From Auanema rhodensis (taxonomy: Eukaryota; Animalia; Nematoda), in assembly GCA_964057225.1 (NCBI GenBank), contig OZ059898.1:3658001-3722000 (forward strand): DNA of 64,000 nt, given 5' to 3'. Both the position numbers and the translations under genes were made by a program. Shown here piece after piece: positions 26,677-40,700 of the stretch (position 1 is the stretch's first letter; every line of letters begins with the position of its first letter). The notes beneath the pieces are model-generated. The model saw only the letters and a list, made by a program, of their open reading frames with translations, searched no databases and was not told where the DNA came from.

Positions 26677-29600
26677 GCGCTAGCTTAAAAATGCACCGAG
26701 ATATCAACTGCTATAAGTTCACACTTATATCCTCGATTTTCACCCTGAAGAAATAATTTTTTCGTTGAATAACATTGTCCATCGTCTTTGCCTTGAAAAA
26801 AGGAATTTAAAAACATCTACTTTTTGCTAAATTATTTTGAAATTTTTCGAAAAAATTTTTGTCAAAATGTTTTTGGAAGCAATGTTGAGTGTACATGGAA
26901 ACTCAACATACCCTAATGCATCATTTTTCAAACGATCATAACTAATTTTTGTTTCAAGCGTTTCTCAATGTAGTATAGTGCATTCGATGCGGATTGTTAA
27001 GCTGCGTCGATCTGTGTGATCAGATTTGCGCTAGCTTAAAAATGCACCGAGATATCAACTGATATAAGTTTACACTTATATCCTCGATTTTCACCCTAAA
27101 GAATTAATTTTTTCGTTGAATAACATTGTCTATCGTCTTTGCCTTGAAAAATGGAATCTAAAAACATTTACTTTTTGCTAAATTTATTTGAAATTTTTAG
27201 AAAAAATTTTTGTCAAAATGTTTTTGGAAGCAATGTTGAGTGTACATGGAAACTCAACATACCCTAATGCATCATTTTTCAAACGATCATAACTAATTTT
27301 TGTTTCAAGCGTTTCTCAATGTAGTATAGTGCATTCGATGCGGATTTTTAAGCTGCGTCGATCTGTGTTATCAGATTTGCGCTAGCTTAAAAATGCACCG
27401 AGATATCAACTGATATAAGTTTACACTTATATCCTCGATTTTCACCCTAAAGAATTAATTTTTTCGTTGAATAACATTGTCTATCGTCTTTGCCTTGAAA
27501 AATGGAATCTAAAAACATTTACTTTTTGCTAAATTTATTTGAAATTTTTAGAAAAAATTTTTGTCAAAATGTTTTTGGAAGCAATGTTGAGTGTACATGG
27601 AAACTCAACATACACTAATGCATCATTTTTCAAACGATCATAACTAATTTTTGTATTAAGCGTTTCTCAATGTAGTATAGTGCATTCGATGCGGATTTTT
27701 AAGCTGCGTCGATCTGTGTGATCAGATTTGCGCTAGCTTAAAAATGCACCGAGATATCAACTGATATAAGTTCACACTTATATCCTCGATTTTCACCCTA
27801 AAGAATTAATTTTTTCGTTGAATAACATTGTCTATCGTCTTTGCCTTGAAAAATGGAATCTAAAAACATCTACTTTTTGCTAAATTTATTTGAAATTTTT
27901 CGAAAAAATTTTTGTCAAAATGTTTTTGGAAGCAATGTTGAGTGTACATGGAAACTCAACATACACTAATGCATCATTTTTCAAACGATCATAACTAATT
28001 TTTGTATCAAGCGTTTCTCAATGTAGTATAGTGCATTCGATGCGGATTTTTAAGCTGCGTCGATCTGTGTGTTCAGATTTGCGCTAGCTTAAAAATGCAC
28101 CGAGATATCAACTGATATAAGTTCACACTTATATCCTCCATTTTCACCCTAAAGAATTAATTTTTTCGTTGAATAACATTGTCTATCGTCTTTGCCTTGA
28201 AAAATGGAATCTAAAAACATCTACTTTTTGCTAAATTATTTTGAAATTTTTCGAAAAAATTTTTGTCAAAATGTTTTTGGAAGCAATGTTGAGTGTACAT
28301 GGAAACTCAACATACACTAATGCATCATTTTTCAAACGATCATAACTAATTTTTGTATCAAGCGTTTCTCAATGTAGTATAGTGCATTCGATGCGGATTT
28401 TTAAGCTGCGTCGATCTGTGTGTTCAGATTTGCGCTAGCTTAAAAATGCACCGAGATATCAACTGATATAAGTTCACACTTATATCCTCGATTTTCACCC
28501 TGAAGGAATAATTTTTTCGTTGAATAACATTGTCCATTGTCTTTGCCTTGAAAAAAAGAATCTAAAAACATCTACTTTTTGCTAAATTATTTTGAAATTT
28601 TTCGAAAAAATTTTTGTCAAAATGTTTTTGGAAGCAATGTTGAGTGTACATGGAAACTCAACATACACTAATGCATCATTTTTCAAACGATCATAACTAA
28701 TTTTTGTATTAAGCGTTTCTCAATGTAGTATAGTGCATTCGATGCGGATTTTTAAGCTGCGTCGATCTGTGTGTTCAGATTTGCGCTAGCTTAAAAATGC
28801 ACCGAGATATCAACTGATATAAGTTCACACTTATATCCTCGATTTTCACCCTGAAGGAATAATTTTTTCGTTGAATAACATTGTCCATCGTCTTTGCCTT
28901 GAAAAAAAGAATCTAAAAACATCTACTTTTTGCTAAATTATTTTGAAATTTTTCGAAAAAATTTTTGTCAAAATGTTTTTGGAAGCAATGTTGAGTGTAC
29001 ATGGAAACTCAACATACACTAATGCATCATTTTTCAAACGATCATAACTAATTTTTGTATCAAGCGTTTCTCAATGTAGTATAGTGCATTCGATGCGGAT
29101 TTTTAAGCTGCGTCGATCTGTGTGTTCAGATTTGCGCTAGCTTAAAAATGCACCGAGATATCAACTGATATAAGTTCACACTTATATCCTCGATTTTCAC
29201 CCTGAAGGAATAATTTTTTCGTTGAATAACATTGTCCATCGTCTTTGCCTTGAAAAAAGGAATCTAAAAACATCTACTTTTTGCTAAATTATTTTGAAAT
29301 TTTTCGAAAAAATTTTTGTCAAAATGTTTTTGGAAGCAATGTTGAGTGTACATGGAAACTCAACATACACTAATGCATCATTTTTCAAACGATCATAACT
29401 AATTTTTGTATTAAGCGTTTCTCAATGTAGTATAGTGCATTCGATGCGGATTTTTAAGCTGCGTCGATCTGTGTTATCAGATTTGCGCTAGCTTAAAAAT
29501 GCACCGAGATATCAACTGATATAAGTTCACACTTATATCCTCGATTTTCACCCTGAAGGAATAATTTTTTCGTTGAATAACATTGTCCATCGTCTTTGCC

Positions 29601-32600
29601 TTGAAAAAAGGAATCTAAAAACATCTACTTTTTGCTAAATTATCTTGAAATTTTTCGAAAAAATTTTTGTCAAAATGTTTTTGGAAGCATTGTTGAGTGT
29701 ACATGGAAACTCAACATACACTAATGCATCATTTTTCAAACGATCATAACTAATTTTTGTATTAAGCGTTTCTCAATGTAGTATAGTGCATTCGATGCGG
29801 ATTTTTAAGCTGCGTCGATCTCTGTTATCAGATTTGCGCTAGCTTAAAAATGCACCGAGATATCAACTGATATAAGTTCACACTTATATCCTCGATTTTC
29901 ACCCTGAAGGAATAATTTTTTCGTTGAATAACATTGTCCATCGTCTTTGCCTTGAAAAAAGGAATCTAAAAACATCCACTTTTTGCTAAATTATTTTGAA
30001 ATTTTTCGAAAAAATTTTTGTCAAAATGTTTTTGGAAGCATTGTTGAGTGTACATGGAAACTCAACATACACTAATGCATCATTTTTCAAACGATCATAA
30101 CTAATTTTTGTATTAAGCGTTTCTCAATGTAGTATAGTGCATTCGATGCGGATTTTTAAGCTGCGTCGATCTGTGGTATCAGATTTGCGCTAGCTTAAAA
30201 ATGCACCGAGATATCAACTGATATAAGTTCACACTTATATCCTCGATTTTCACCCTGAAGGAATAATTTTTTCGTTGAATAACATTGTCCATCGTCTTTG
30301 CCTTGAAAAAAGGAATCTAAAAACATCTACTTTTTGCTAAATTATTTTGAAATTTTTCGAAAAAATTTTTGTCAAAATGTTTTTGGAAGCAATGTTGAGT
30401 GTACATGGAAACTCAACATACACTAATGCATCATTTTTCAAACGATCATAACTAATTTTTGTATTAAGCGTTTCTCAATGTAGTATAGTGCATTCGATGC
30501 GGATTTTTAAGCTGCGTCGATCTGTGTTATCAGATTTGCGCTAGCTTAAAAATGCACCGAGATATCAACTGATATAAGTTCACACTTATATCCTCGATTT
30601 TCACCCTGAAGGAATAATTTTTTCGTTGAATAACATTGTCCATCGTCTTTGCCTTGAAAAAAGGAATCTAAAAACATCTACTTTTTGCTAAATTATCTTG
30701 AAATTTTTCGAAAAAATTTTTGTCAAAATGTTTTTGGAAGCATTGTTGAGTGTACATGGAAACTCAACATACACTAATGCATCATTTTTCAAACGATCAT
30801 AACTAATTTTTGTATTAAGCGTTTCTCAATGTAGTATAGTGCATTCGATGCGGATTTTTAAGCTGCGTCGATCTCTGTTATCAGATTTGCGCTAGCTTAA
30901 AAATGCACCGAGATATCAACTGATATAAGTTCACACTTATATCCTCGATTTTCACCCTGAAGGAATAATTTTTTCGTTGAATAACATTGTCCATCGTCTT
31001 TGCCTTGAAAAAAGGAATCTAAAAACATCCACTTTTTGCTAAATTATTTTGAAATTTTTCGAAAAAATTTTTGTCAAAATGTTTTTGGAAGCATTGTTGA
31101 GTGTACATGGAAACTCAACATACACTAATGCATCATTTTTCAAACGATCATAACTAATTTTTGTATTAAGCGTTTCTCAATGTAGTATAGTGCATTCGAT
31201 GCGGATTTTTAAGCTGCGTCGATCTGTGTTATCAGATTTGCGCTAGCTTAAAAATGCACCGAGATATCAACTAATATAAGTTCACACTTATATCCTCGAT
31301 TTTCACCCTGAAGGAATAATTTTTTCGTTGAATAACATTGTCCATCGTCTTTGCCTTGAAAAAAGGAATCTAAAAACATCTACTTTTTGCTAAATTATTT
31401 TGAAATTTTTCGAAAAAATTTTTGTCAAAATGTTTTTGGAAGCAATGTTGAGTGTACATGGAAACTCAACATACACTAATGCATCATTTTTCAAACGATC
31501 ATAACTTATTTTTGTATTAAGCGTTTCTCATTGTAGTATAGTGCATTCGATGCGGATTTTTAAGCTGCGTCGATCTGTGTTATCAGATTTGCGCTAGCTT
31601 GAAAATGCACCGAGATATCAAATGATATAGGTTCACACTTATATGCTCGATTTTCACCCTGAAGAATTAATTTTTTCGTTGAATAACATTGTCCATCGTC
31701 TTTGCCTTGAAAAAAGGAATCTAAAAACATCCACTTTTTGCTAAATTATTTTGAAATTTTTCGAAAAAATTTTTGTCAAAATGTTTTTGGAAGCATTGTT
31801 GAGTGTACATGGAAACTCAACATACACTAATGCATCATTTTTCAAACGATCATAACTAATTTTTGTATTAAGCGTTTCTCAATGTAGTATAGTGCATTCG
31901 ATGCGGATTTTTAAGCTGCGTCGATCTGTGTTATCAGATTTGAGTTAGCTTAAAAATGCACCGAGATATCAACTGATATAAGTTCACACTTATATCCTCG
32001 ATTTTCACCCTGAAGGAATAATTTTTTCGTTGAATAACATTGTCCATCGTCTTTGCCTTGAAAAAAGGAATCTAAAAACATCCACTTTTTGCTAAATTAT
32101 TTTGAAATTTTTCGAAAAAATTTTTGTCAAAATGTTTTTGGAAGCATTGTTGAGTGTACATGGAAACTCAACATACACTAATGCATCATTTTTCAAACGA
32201 TCATAACTAATTTTTGTATTAAGCGTTTCTCAATGTAGTATAGTGCATTCGATGCGGATTTTTAAGCTGCGTCGATCTGTGTTATCAGATTTGAGTTAGC
32301 TTAAAAATGCACCGAGATATCAACTGATATAAGTTCACACTTATATCCTCGATTTTCACCCTGAAGGAATAATTTTTTCGTTGAATAACATTGTCCATCG
32401 TCTTTGCCTTGAAAAAAGGAATCTAAAAACATCTACTTTTTGCTAAATTATCTTGAAATTTTTCGAAAAAATTTTTGTCAAAATGTTTTTGGAAGCATTG
32501 TTGAGTGTACATGGAAACTCAACATACACTAATGCATCATTTTTCAAACGATCATAACTAATTTTTGTATTAAGCGTTTCTCAATGTAGTATAGTGCATT

Positions 32601-35600
32601 CGATGCGGATTTTTAAGCTGCGTCGATCTGTGTTATCAGATTTGCGCTAGCTTGAAAATGCACCGAGATATCAAATGATATAGGTTCACACTTATATCCT
32701 CGATTTTCACCCTGAAGAATTAATTTTTTCGTTGAATAACATTGTCCATCGTCTTTGCCTTGAAAAAAGGAATCTAAAAACATCTACTTTTTGCTAAATT
32801 ATCTTGAAATTTTTCGAAAAAATTTTTGTCAAAATGTTTTTGGAAGCATTGTTGAGTGTACATGGAAACTCAACATACACTAATGCATCATTTTTCAAAC
32901 GATCATAACTAATTTTTGTATTAAGCGTTTCTCAATGTAGTATAGTGCATTCGATGCGGATTTTTAAGCTGCGTCGATCTGTGTTATCAGATTTGCGCTA
33001 GCTTAAAAATGCACCGAGATATCAACTAATATAAGTTCACACTTATATCCTCGATTTTCACCCTGAAGGAATAATTTTTTCGTTGAATAACATTGTCCAT
33101 CGTCTTTGCCTTGAAAAAAGGAATCTAAAAACATCTACTTTTTGCTAAATTATTTTGAAATTTTTCGAAAAAATTTTTGTCAAAATGTTTTTGGAAGCAA
33201 TGTTGAGTGTACATGGAAACTCAACATACACTAATGCATCATTTTTCAAACGATCATAACTTATTTTTGTATTAAGCGTTTCTCATTGTAGTATAGTGCA
33301 TTCGATGCGGATTTTTAAGCTGCGTCGATCTGTGTTATCAGATTTGCGCTAGCTTAAAAATGCACCGAGATATCAACTGATATAAGTTCACACTTATATC
33401 CTCGATTTTCACCCTGAAGGAATAATTTTTTCGTTGAATAACATTGTCCATCGTCTTTGCCTTGAAAAAAGGAATCTAAAAACATCTACTTTTTGCTAAA
33501 TTATCTTGAAATTTTTCGAAAAAATTTTTGTCAAAATGTTTTTGGAAGCATTGTTGAGTGTACATGGAAACTCAACATACACTAATGCATCATTTTTCAA
33601 ACGATCATAACTAATTTTTGTATTAAGCGTTTCTCAATGTAGTATAGTGCATTCGATGCGGATTTTTAAGCTGCGTCGATCTGTGTTATCAGATTTGCGC
33701 TAGCTTAAAAATGCACCGAGATATCAACTAATATAAGTTCACACTTATATCCTCGATTTTCACCCTGAAGGAATAATTTTTTCGTTGAATAACATTGTCC
33801 ATCGTCTTTGCCTTGAAAAAAGGAATCTAAAAACATCTACTTTTTGCTAAATTATTTTGAAATTTTTCGAAAAAATTTTTGTCAAAATGTTTTTGGAAGC
33901 AATGTTGAGTGTACATGGAAACTCAACATACACTAATGCATCATTTTTCAAACGATCATAACTTATTTTTGTATTGAGCTTTTCTCAGTGTAGTATAGTG
34001 CATTCGATGCGGATTTTTAAGCTGCGTCGATCTGTGTTATCAGATTTGCGCTAGCTTAAAAATGCACCGAGATATCAACTAATATAAGTTCACACTTATA
34101 TCCTCGATTTTCACCCTGAAGGAATAATTTTTTCGTTGAATAACATTGTCCATCGTCTTTGCCTTGAAAAAAGGAATCTAAAAACATCTACTTTTTGCTA
34201 AATTATCTTGAAATTTTTCGAAAAAATTTTTGTCAAAATGTTTTTGGAAGCATTGTTGAGTGTACATGGAAACTCAACATACACTAATGCATCATTTTTC
34301 AAACGATCATAACTAATTTTTGTATTAAGCGTTTCTCAATGTAGTATAGTGCATTCGATGCGGATTTTTAAGCTGCGTCGATCTGTGTTATCAGATTTGC
34401 GCTAGCTTAAAAATGCACCGAGATATCAACTAATATAAGTTCACACTTATATCCTCGATTTTCACCCTGAAGGAATAATTTTTTCGTTGAATAACATTGT
34501 CCATCGTCTTTGCCTTGAAAAAAGGAATCTAAAAACATCTACTTTTTGCTAAATTATTTTGAAATTTTTCGAAAAAATTTTTGTCAAAATGTTTTTGGAA
34601 GCAATGTTGAGTGTACATGGAAACTCAACATACACTAATGCATCATTTTTCAAACGATCATAACTTATTTTTGTATTAAGCGTTTCTCATTGTAGTATAG
34701 TGCATTCGATGCGGATTTTTAAGCTGCGTCGATCTGTGTTATCAGATTTGCGCTAGCTTAAAAATGCACCGAGATATCAACTAATATAAGTTCACACTTA
34801 TATCCTCGATTTTCACCCTGAAGGAATAATTTTTTCGTTGAATAACATTGTCCATCGTCTTTGCCTTGAAAAAAGGAATCTAAAAACATCTACTTTTTGC
34901 TAAATTATTTTGAAATTTTTCGAAAAAATTTTTGTCAAAATGTTTTTGGAAGCAATTTTGAGTGTACATGGAAACTCAACATACAGTAATGCATCATTTT
35001 TCAAACGATCATAACTAATTTTTGTATTGAGCTTTTCTCAGTGTAGTATAGTGCATTCGATGCGGATTTTTAAGCTGCGTCGATCTGTGTTATCAGATTT
35101 GCGCTAGCTTAAAAATGCACCGAGATATCAACTAATATAAGTTCACACTTATATCCTCGATTTTCACCCTGAAGGAATAATTTTTTCGTTGAATAACATT
35201 GTCCATCGTCTTTGCCTTGAAAAAAGGAATCTAAAAACATCTACTTTTTGCTAAATTATCTTGAAATTTTTCGAAAAAATTTTTGTCAAAATGTTTTTGG
35301 AAGCATTGTTGAGTGTACATGGAAACTCAACATACACTAATGCATCATTTTTCAAACGATCATAACTAATTTTTGTATTAAGCGTTTCTCATTGTAGTAT
35401 AGTGCATTCGATGCGGATTTTTAAGCTGCGTCGATCTGTGTTATCAGATTTGCGCTAGCTTAAAAATGCACCGAGATATCAACTGATATAAGTTCACACT
35501 TATATCCTCGATTTTCACCCTGAAGGAATAATTTTTTCGTTGAATAACATTGTCCATCGTCTTTGCCTTGAAAAAAGGAATCTAAAAACATCTACTTTTT

Positions 35601-37790
35601 GTGAAATTATTCGGAAATTTTTCGGGAAAATTTTTGTCAAAATGTTTTTGGAACTAATTTTGAGTGTACATGGAAACTCAACATACAGTAATGCATCATT
35701 TTTCAAACGATCATAACTAATTTTTGTATTGAGCTTTTCTTAATGTAGTATAGTGCATTCGATGCGGATTTTTAAGCTGCGTCGATCTGTGTTATCAGAT
35801 TTGCGCTAGCTTAAAAATGCACCGAGATATCAACTAATATAAGTTCACACTTATATCCTCGATTTTCACCCTGAAGGAATAATTTTTTCGTTGAATAACA
35901 TTGTCCATCGTCTTTGCCTTGAAAAAAGGAATCTAAAAACATCTACTTTTTGCTAAATTATTTTGAAATTTTTCGAAAAAATTTTTGTCAAAATGTTTTT
36001 GGAAGCAATGTTGAGTGTACATGGAAACTCAACATACACTAATGCATCATTTTTCAAACGATCATAACTAATTTTTGTATTAAGCGTTTCTCAATGTAGT
36101 ATAGTGCATTCGATGCGGATTTTTAAGCTGCGTCGATCTCTGTTATCAGATTTGCGCTAGCTTAAAAATGCACCGAGATATCAACTGATATAAGTTCACA
36201 CTTATATCCTCGATTTTCACCCTGAAGGAATAATTTTTTCGTTGAATAACATTGTCCATCGTCTTTGCCTTGAAAAAAGGAATCTAAAAACATCCACTTT
36301 TTGCTAAATTATTTTGAAATTTTTCGAAAAAATTTTTGTCAAAATGTTTTTGGAAGCATTGTTGAGTGTACATGGAAACTCAACATACAGTAATGCATCA
36401 TTTTTCAAACGATCATAACTAATTTTTGTATCGAGCTTTTCTCAGTGTAGTATAGTGCATTCGATGCGGATTTTTAAGCTGCGTCGATCTGTGTTATCAG
36501 ATTTGCGCTAGCTTAAAAATGCACCGAGATATCAAATGATATAGGTTCACACTTATATCCTCGATTTTCACCCTGAAGGAATAATTTTTTCGTTGAATAA
36601 CATTGTCCATCGTCTTTGCCTTGAAAAAAGGAATCTAAAAACATCTACTTTTTGCTAAATTATCTGGAAATTTTTCGAAAAAATTTTTGTCAAAATGTTT
36701 TTGGAAGCATTGTTGAGTGTACATGGAAACTCAACATACAGTAATGCATCATTTTTCAAACGATCATAACTAATTTTTGTATCGAGCTTTTCTCAGTGTA
36801 GTATAGTGCATTCGATGCGGATTTTTAAGCTGCGTCGATCTGTGTTATTAGATTTGCGCTAGCTCGAAAATGCACCGAGATATCAAATGATATAGGTTCA
36901 CACTTATATCCTCGATTTTCACCCTGAAGAATTAATTTTTTCGTTGAATAACAATGTCCATCGTCTTTGTCTTGAAAAAAGGAATCTAAAAACATCTACT
37001 TTTTGTGAAATTATTCGGAAATTTTTCGGGAAAATTTTTGTCAAAATGTTTTTGGAACTAATTTTGAGTGTACATGGAAACTCAACATACAGTAATGCAT
37101 CATTTTTCAAACGATCATAACTAATTTTTGTATTAAGCGTTTCTCAATGTAGTATAGTGCATTCGATGCGGATTTTTAAGCTGCGTCGATCTCTGTTATC
37201 AGATTTGCGCTAGCTTAAAAATGCACCGAGATATCAACTGATATAAGTTCACACTTATATCCTCGATTTTCACCCTGAAGGAATAATTTTTTCGTTGAAT
37301 AACATTGTCCATCGTCTTTGCCTTGAAAAAAGGAATCTAAAAACATCCACTTTTTGCTAAATTATTTTGAAATTTTTCGAAAAAATTTTTGTCAAAATGT
37401 TTTTGGAAGCATTGTTGAGTGTACATGGAAACTCAACATACACTAATGCATCATTTTTCAAACGATCATAACTAATTTTTGTATTAAGCGTTTCTCAATG
37501 TAGTATAGTGCATTCGATGCGGATTTTTAAGCTGCGTCGATCTGTGTTATCAGATTTGCGCTAGCTTAAAAATGCACCGAGATATCAACTGATATAAGTT
37601 CACACTTATATCCTCGATTTTCACCCTGAAGGAATAATTTTTTCGTTGAATAACATTGTCCATCGTCTTTGCCTTGAAAAAAGGAATCTAAAAACATCTA
37701 CTTTTTGCTAAATTATCTGGAAATTTTTCGAAAAAATTTTTGTCAAAATGTTTTTGGAAGCATTGTTGAGTGTACATGGAAACTCAACAT
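26677..37790. repeat. Main subfamily B block, increasingly mosaic with A after ~33900
   Basis: B diagnostics continuous. A-type tracts at ~33975, ~34960-35050, 35602-35750 and 36860-37110. Confidence 0.88.
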
Positions 37791-40700
37791 ACAGTAATGC
37801 ATCATTTTTCAAACGATCATAACTAATTTTTGTATTAAGCTTTTCTCAGTGTAGTATAGTGCATTCGATGCGGATTTTTAAGCTGCGTCGATCTGTGTTA
37901 TTAGATTTGCGCTAGCTCGAAAATGCACCGAGATATCAAATGATATAGGTTCACACTTATATCCTCGATTTTCACCCTGAAGAATTAATTTTTTCGTTGA
38001 ATAACAATGTCCATCGTCTTTGTCTTGAAAAAAGGAATCTAAAAACATCTACTTTTTGTGAAATTATTCGGAAATTTTTCGGGAAAATTTTTGTCAAAAT
38101 GTTTTTGGAACTAATTTTGAGTGTACATGGAAACTCAACATACAGTAATGCATCATTTTTCAAACGATCATAACTAATTTTTGTATTGAGCTTTTCTTAA
38201 TGTAGTATAGTGCATTCGATGCGGATTTTTAAGCTGCGTCGATCTCTGTTATCAGATTTGCGCTAGCTTGAAAATGCACCGAGATATCAAATGATATAGG
38301 TTCACACTTATATCCTCGATTTTCACCCTGAAGAATTAATTTTTTCGTTGAATAACAATGTCCATCGTCTTTGTCTTGAAAAAAGGAATCTAAAAACATC
38401 TACTTTTTGTGAAATTATTCGGAAATTTTTCGGGAAAATTTTTGTCAAAATGTTTTTGGAACTAATTTTGAGTGTACATGGAAACTCAACATACAGTAAT
38501 GCATCATTTTTCAAACGATCATAACTAATTTTTGTATTGAGCTTTTCTTAATGTAGTATAGTGCATTCGATGCGGATTTTTAAGCTGCGTCGATCTGTGT
38601 TATCAGATTTGCGCTAGCTTGAAAATGCACCGAGATATCAAATGATATAGGTTCACACTTATATCCTCGATTTTCACCCTGAAGAATTAATTTTTTCGTT
38701 GAATAACAATGTCCATCGTCTTTGTCTTGGAAAAAGGAATCTAAAAACATCTACTTTTTGTGAAATTATTCGGAAATTTTTCGGGAAAATTTTTGTCAAA
38801 ATGTTTTTGGAAGCAATTTTGAGTGTACATGGAAACTCAACATACACTAATGCATCATTTTTCAAACGATCATAACTAATTTTTGTATTAAGCGTTTTTC
38901 AATGTAGTATAGTGCATTCGATGCGGATTTTTAAGCTGCGTCGATCTGTGTTATCAGATTTGCGCTAGCTTGAAAATGCACCGAGATATCAAATGATATA
39001 GGTTCACACTTATATCCTCGATTTTCACCCTGAAGAATTAATTTTTTCGTTGAATAACAATGTCCATCGTCTTTGTCTTGGAAAAAGGAATCTAAAAACA
39101 TCTACTTTTTGTGAAATTATTCGGAAATTTTTCGGGAAAATTTTTGTCAAAATGTTTTTGGAAGCAATTTTGAGTGTACATGGAAACTCAACATACAGTA
39201 ATGCATCATTTTTCAAACGATCATAACTAATTTTTGTATTAAGCGTTTTTCAATGTAGTATAGTGCATTCGATGCGGATTTTTAAGCTGCGTCGATCTGT
39301 GTTATCAGATTTGCGCTAGCTTGAAAATGCACCGAGATATCAAATGATATAGGTTCACACTTATATCCTCGATTTTCACCCTGAAGAATTAATTTTTTCG
39401 TTGAATAACAATGTCCATCGTCTTTGTCTTGAAAAAAGGAATCTAAAAACATCTACTTTTTGTGAAATTATTCGGAAATTTTTCGGGAAAATTTTTGTCA
39501 AAATGTTTTTGGAAGCAATTTTGAGTGTACATGGAAACTCAACATACAGTAATGCATCATTTTTCAAACGATCATAACTAATTTTTGTATCGAGCTTTTC
39601 TCAGTGTAGTATAGTGCATTCGATGCGGATTTTTAAGCTGCGTCGATCTGTGTTATCAGATTTGCGCTAGCTTGAAAATGCACCGAGATATCAAATGATA
39701 TAGGTTCACACTTATATCCTCGATTTTCACCCTGAAGAATTAATTTTTTTGTTGAATAACAATGTCCATCGTCTTTGTCTTGAAAAAAGGAATGTAAAAA
39801 CATCTACTTTTTGCTAAATTATCTGGAAATTTTTCGGGAAAATTTTTGTCAAAATGTTTTTGGAACCAATTTTGAGTGTACATGGAAACTCAACATACAG
39901 TAATGCATCATTTTTCAAACGATCATAACTAATTTTTGTATTGAGCTTTTCTCAGTGTAGTATAGTGCATTCGATGCGGATTTTTAAGCTGCGTCGATCT
40001 CTGTTATCAGATTTGCGCTAGCTTGAAAATGCACCGAGATATCAAATGATATAGGTTCACACTTATATCCTCGATTTTCACCCTGAAGAATTAATTTTTT
40101 CGTTGAATAACAATGTCCATCGTCTTTGTCTTGAAAAAAGAAATGTAAAAACATCTACTTTTTGCTAAATTATCTGGAAATTTTTCGGGAAAATTTTTGT
40201 CAAAATGTTTTTGGAAGCAATTTTGAGTGTACATGGAAACTCAACATACAGTAATGCATCATTTTTCAAACGATCATAACTAATTTTTGTATCGAGCTTT
40301 TCTCAATATACTATAGTGCATTCGATGCGGATTTTTAAGCTGCGTCGATCTGTGTTATCAGATTTGCGCTAGCTTGAAAATGCACCGAGATATCAAATGA
40401 TATAGGTTCACACTTATATCCTCGATTTTCACCCTGAAGAATTAATTTTTTCGTTGAATAACAATGTCCATCGTCTTTGTCTTGAAAAAAGAAATGTAAA
40501 AACATCTACTTTTTGCTAAATTATCTGGAAATTTTTCGAAAAAATTTTTGTCAAAATGTTTTTGGAAGCAATGTTGAGTGTACATGGAAACATAACATAC
40601 AGTAATGCATCATTTTTCGAACGATCATAACTAATTTTTGTATCGAGCTTTTCTCAGTGTAGTATAGTGCATTCGATGCGGATTTTTAAGCTGCGTCGAT

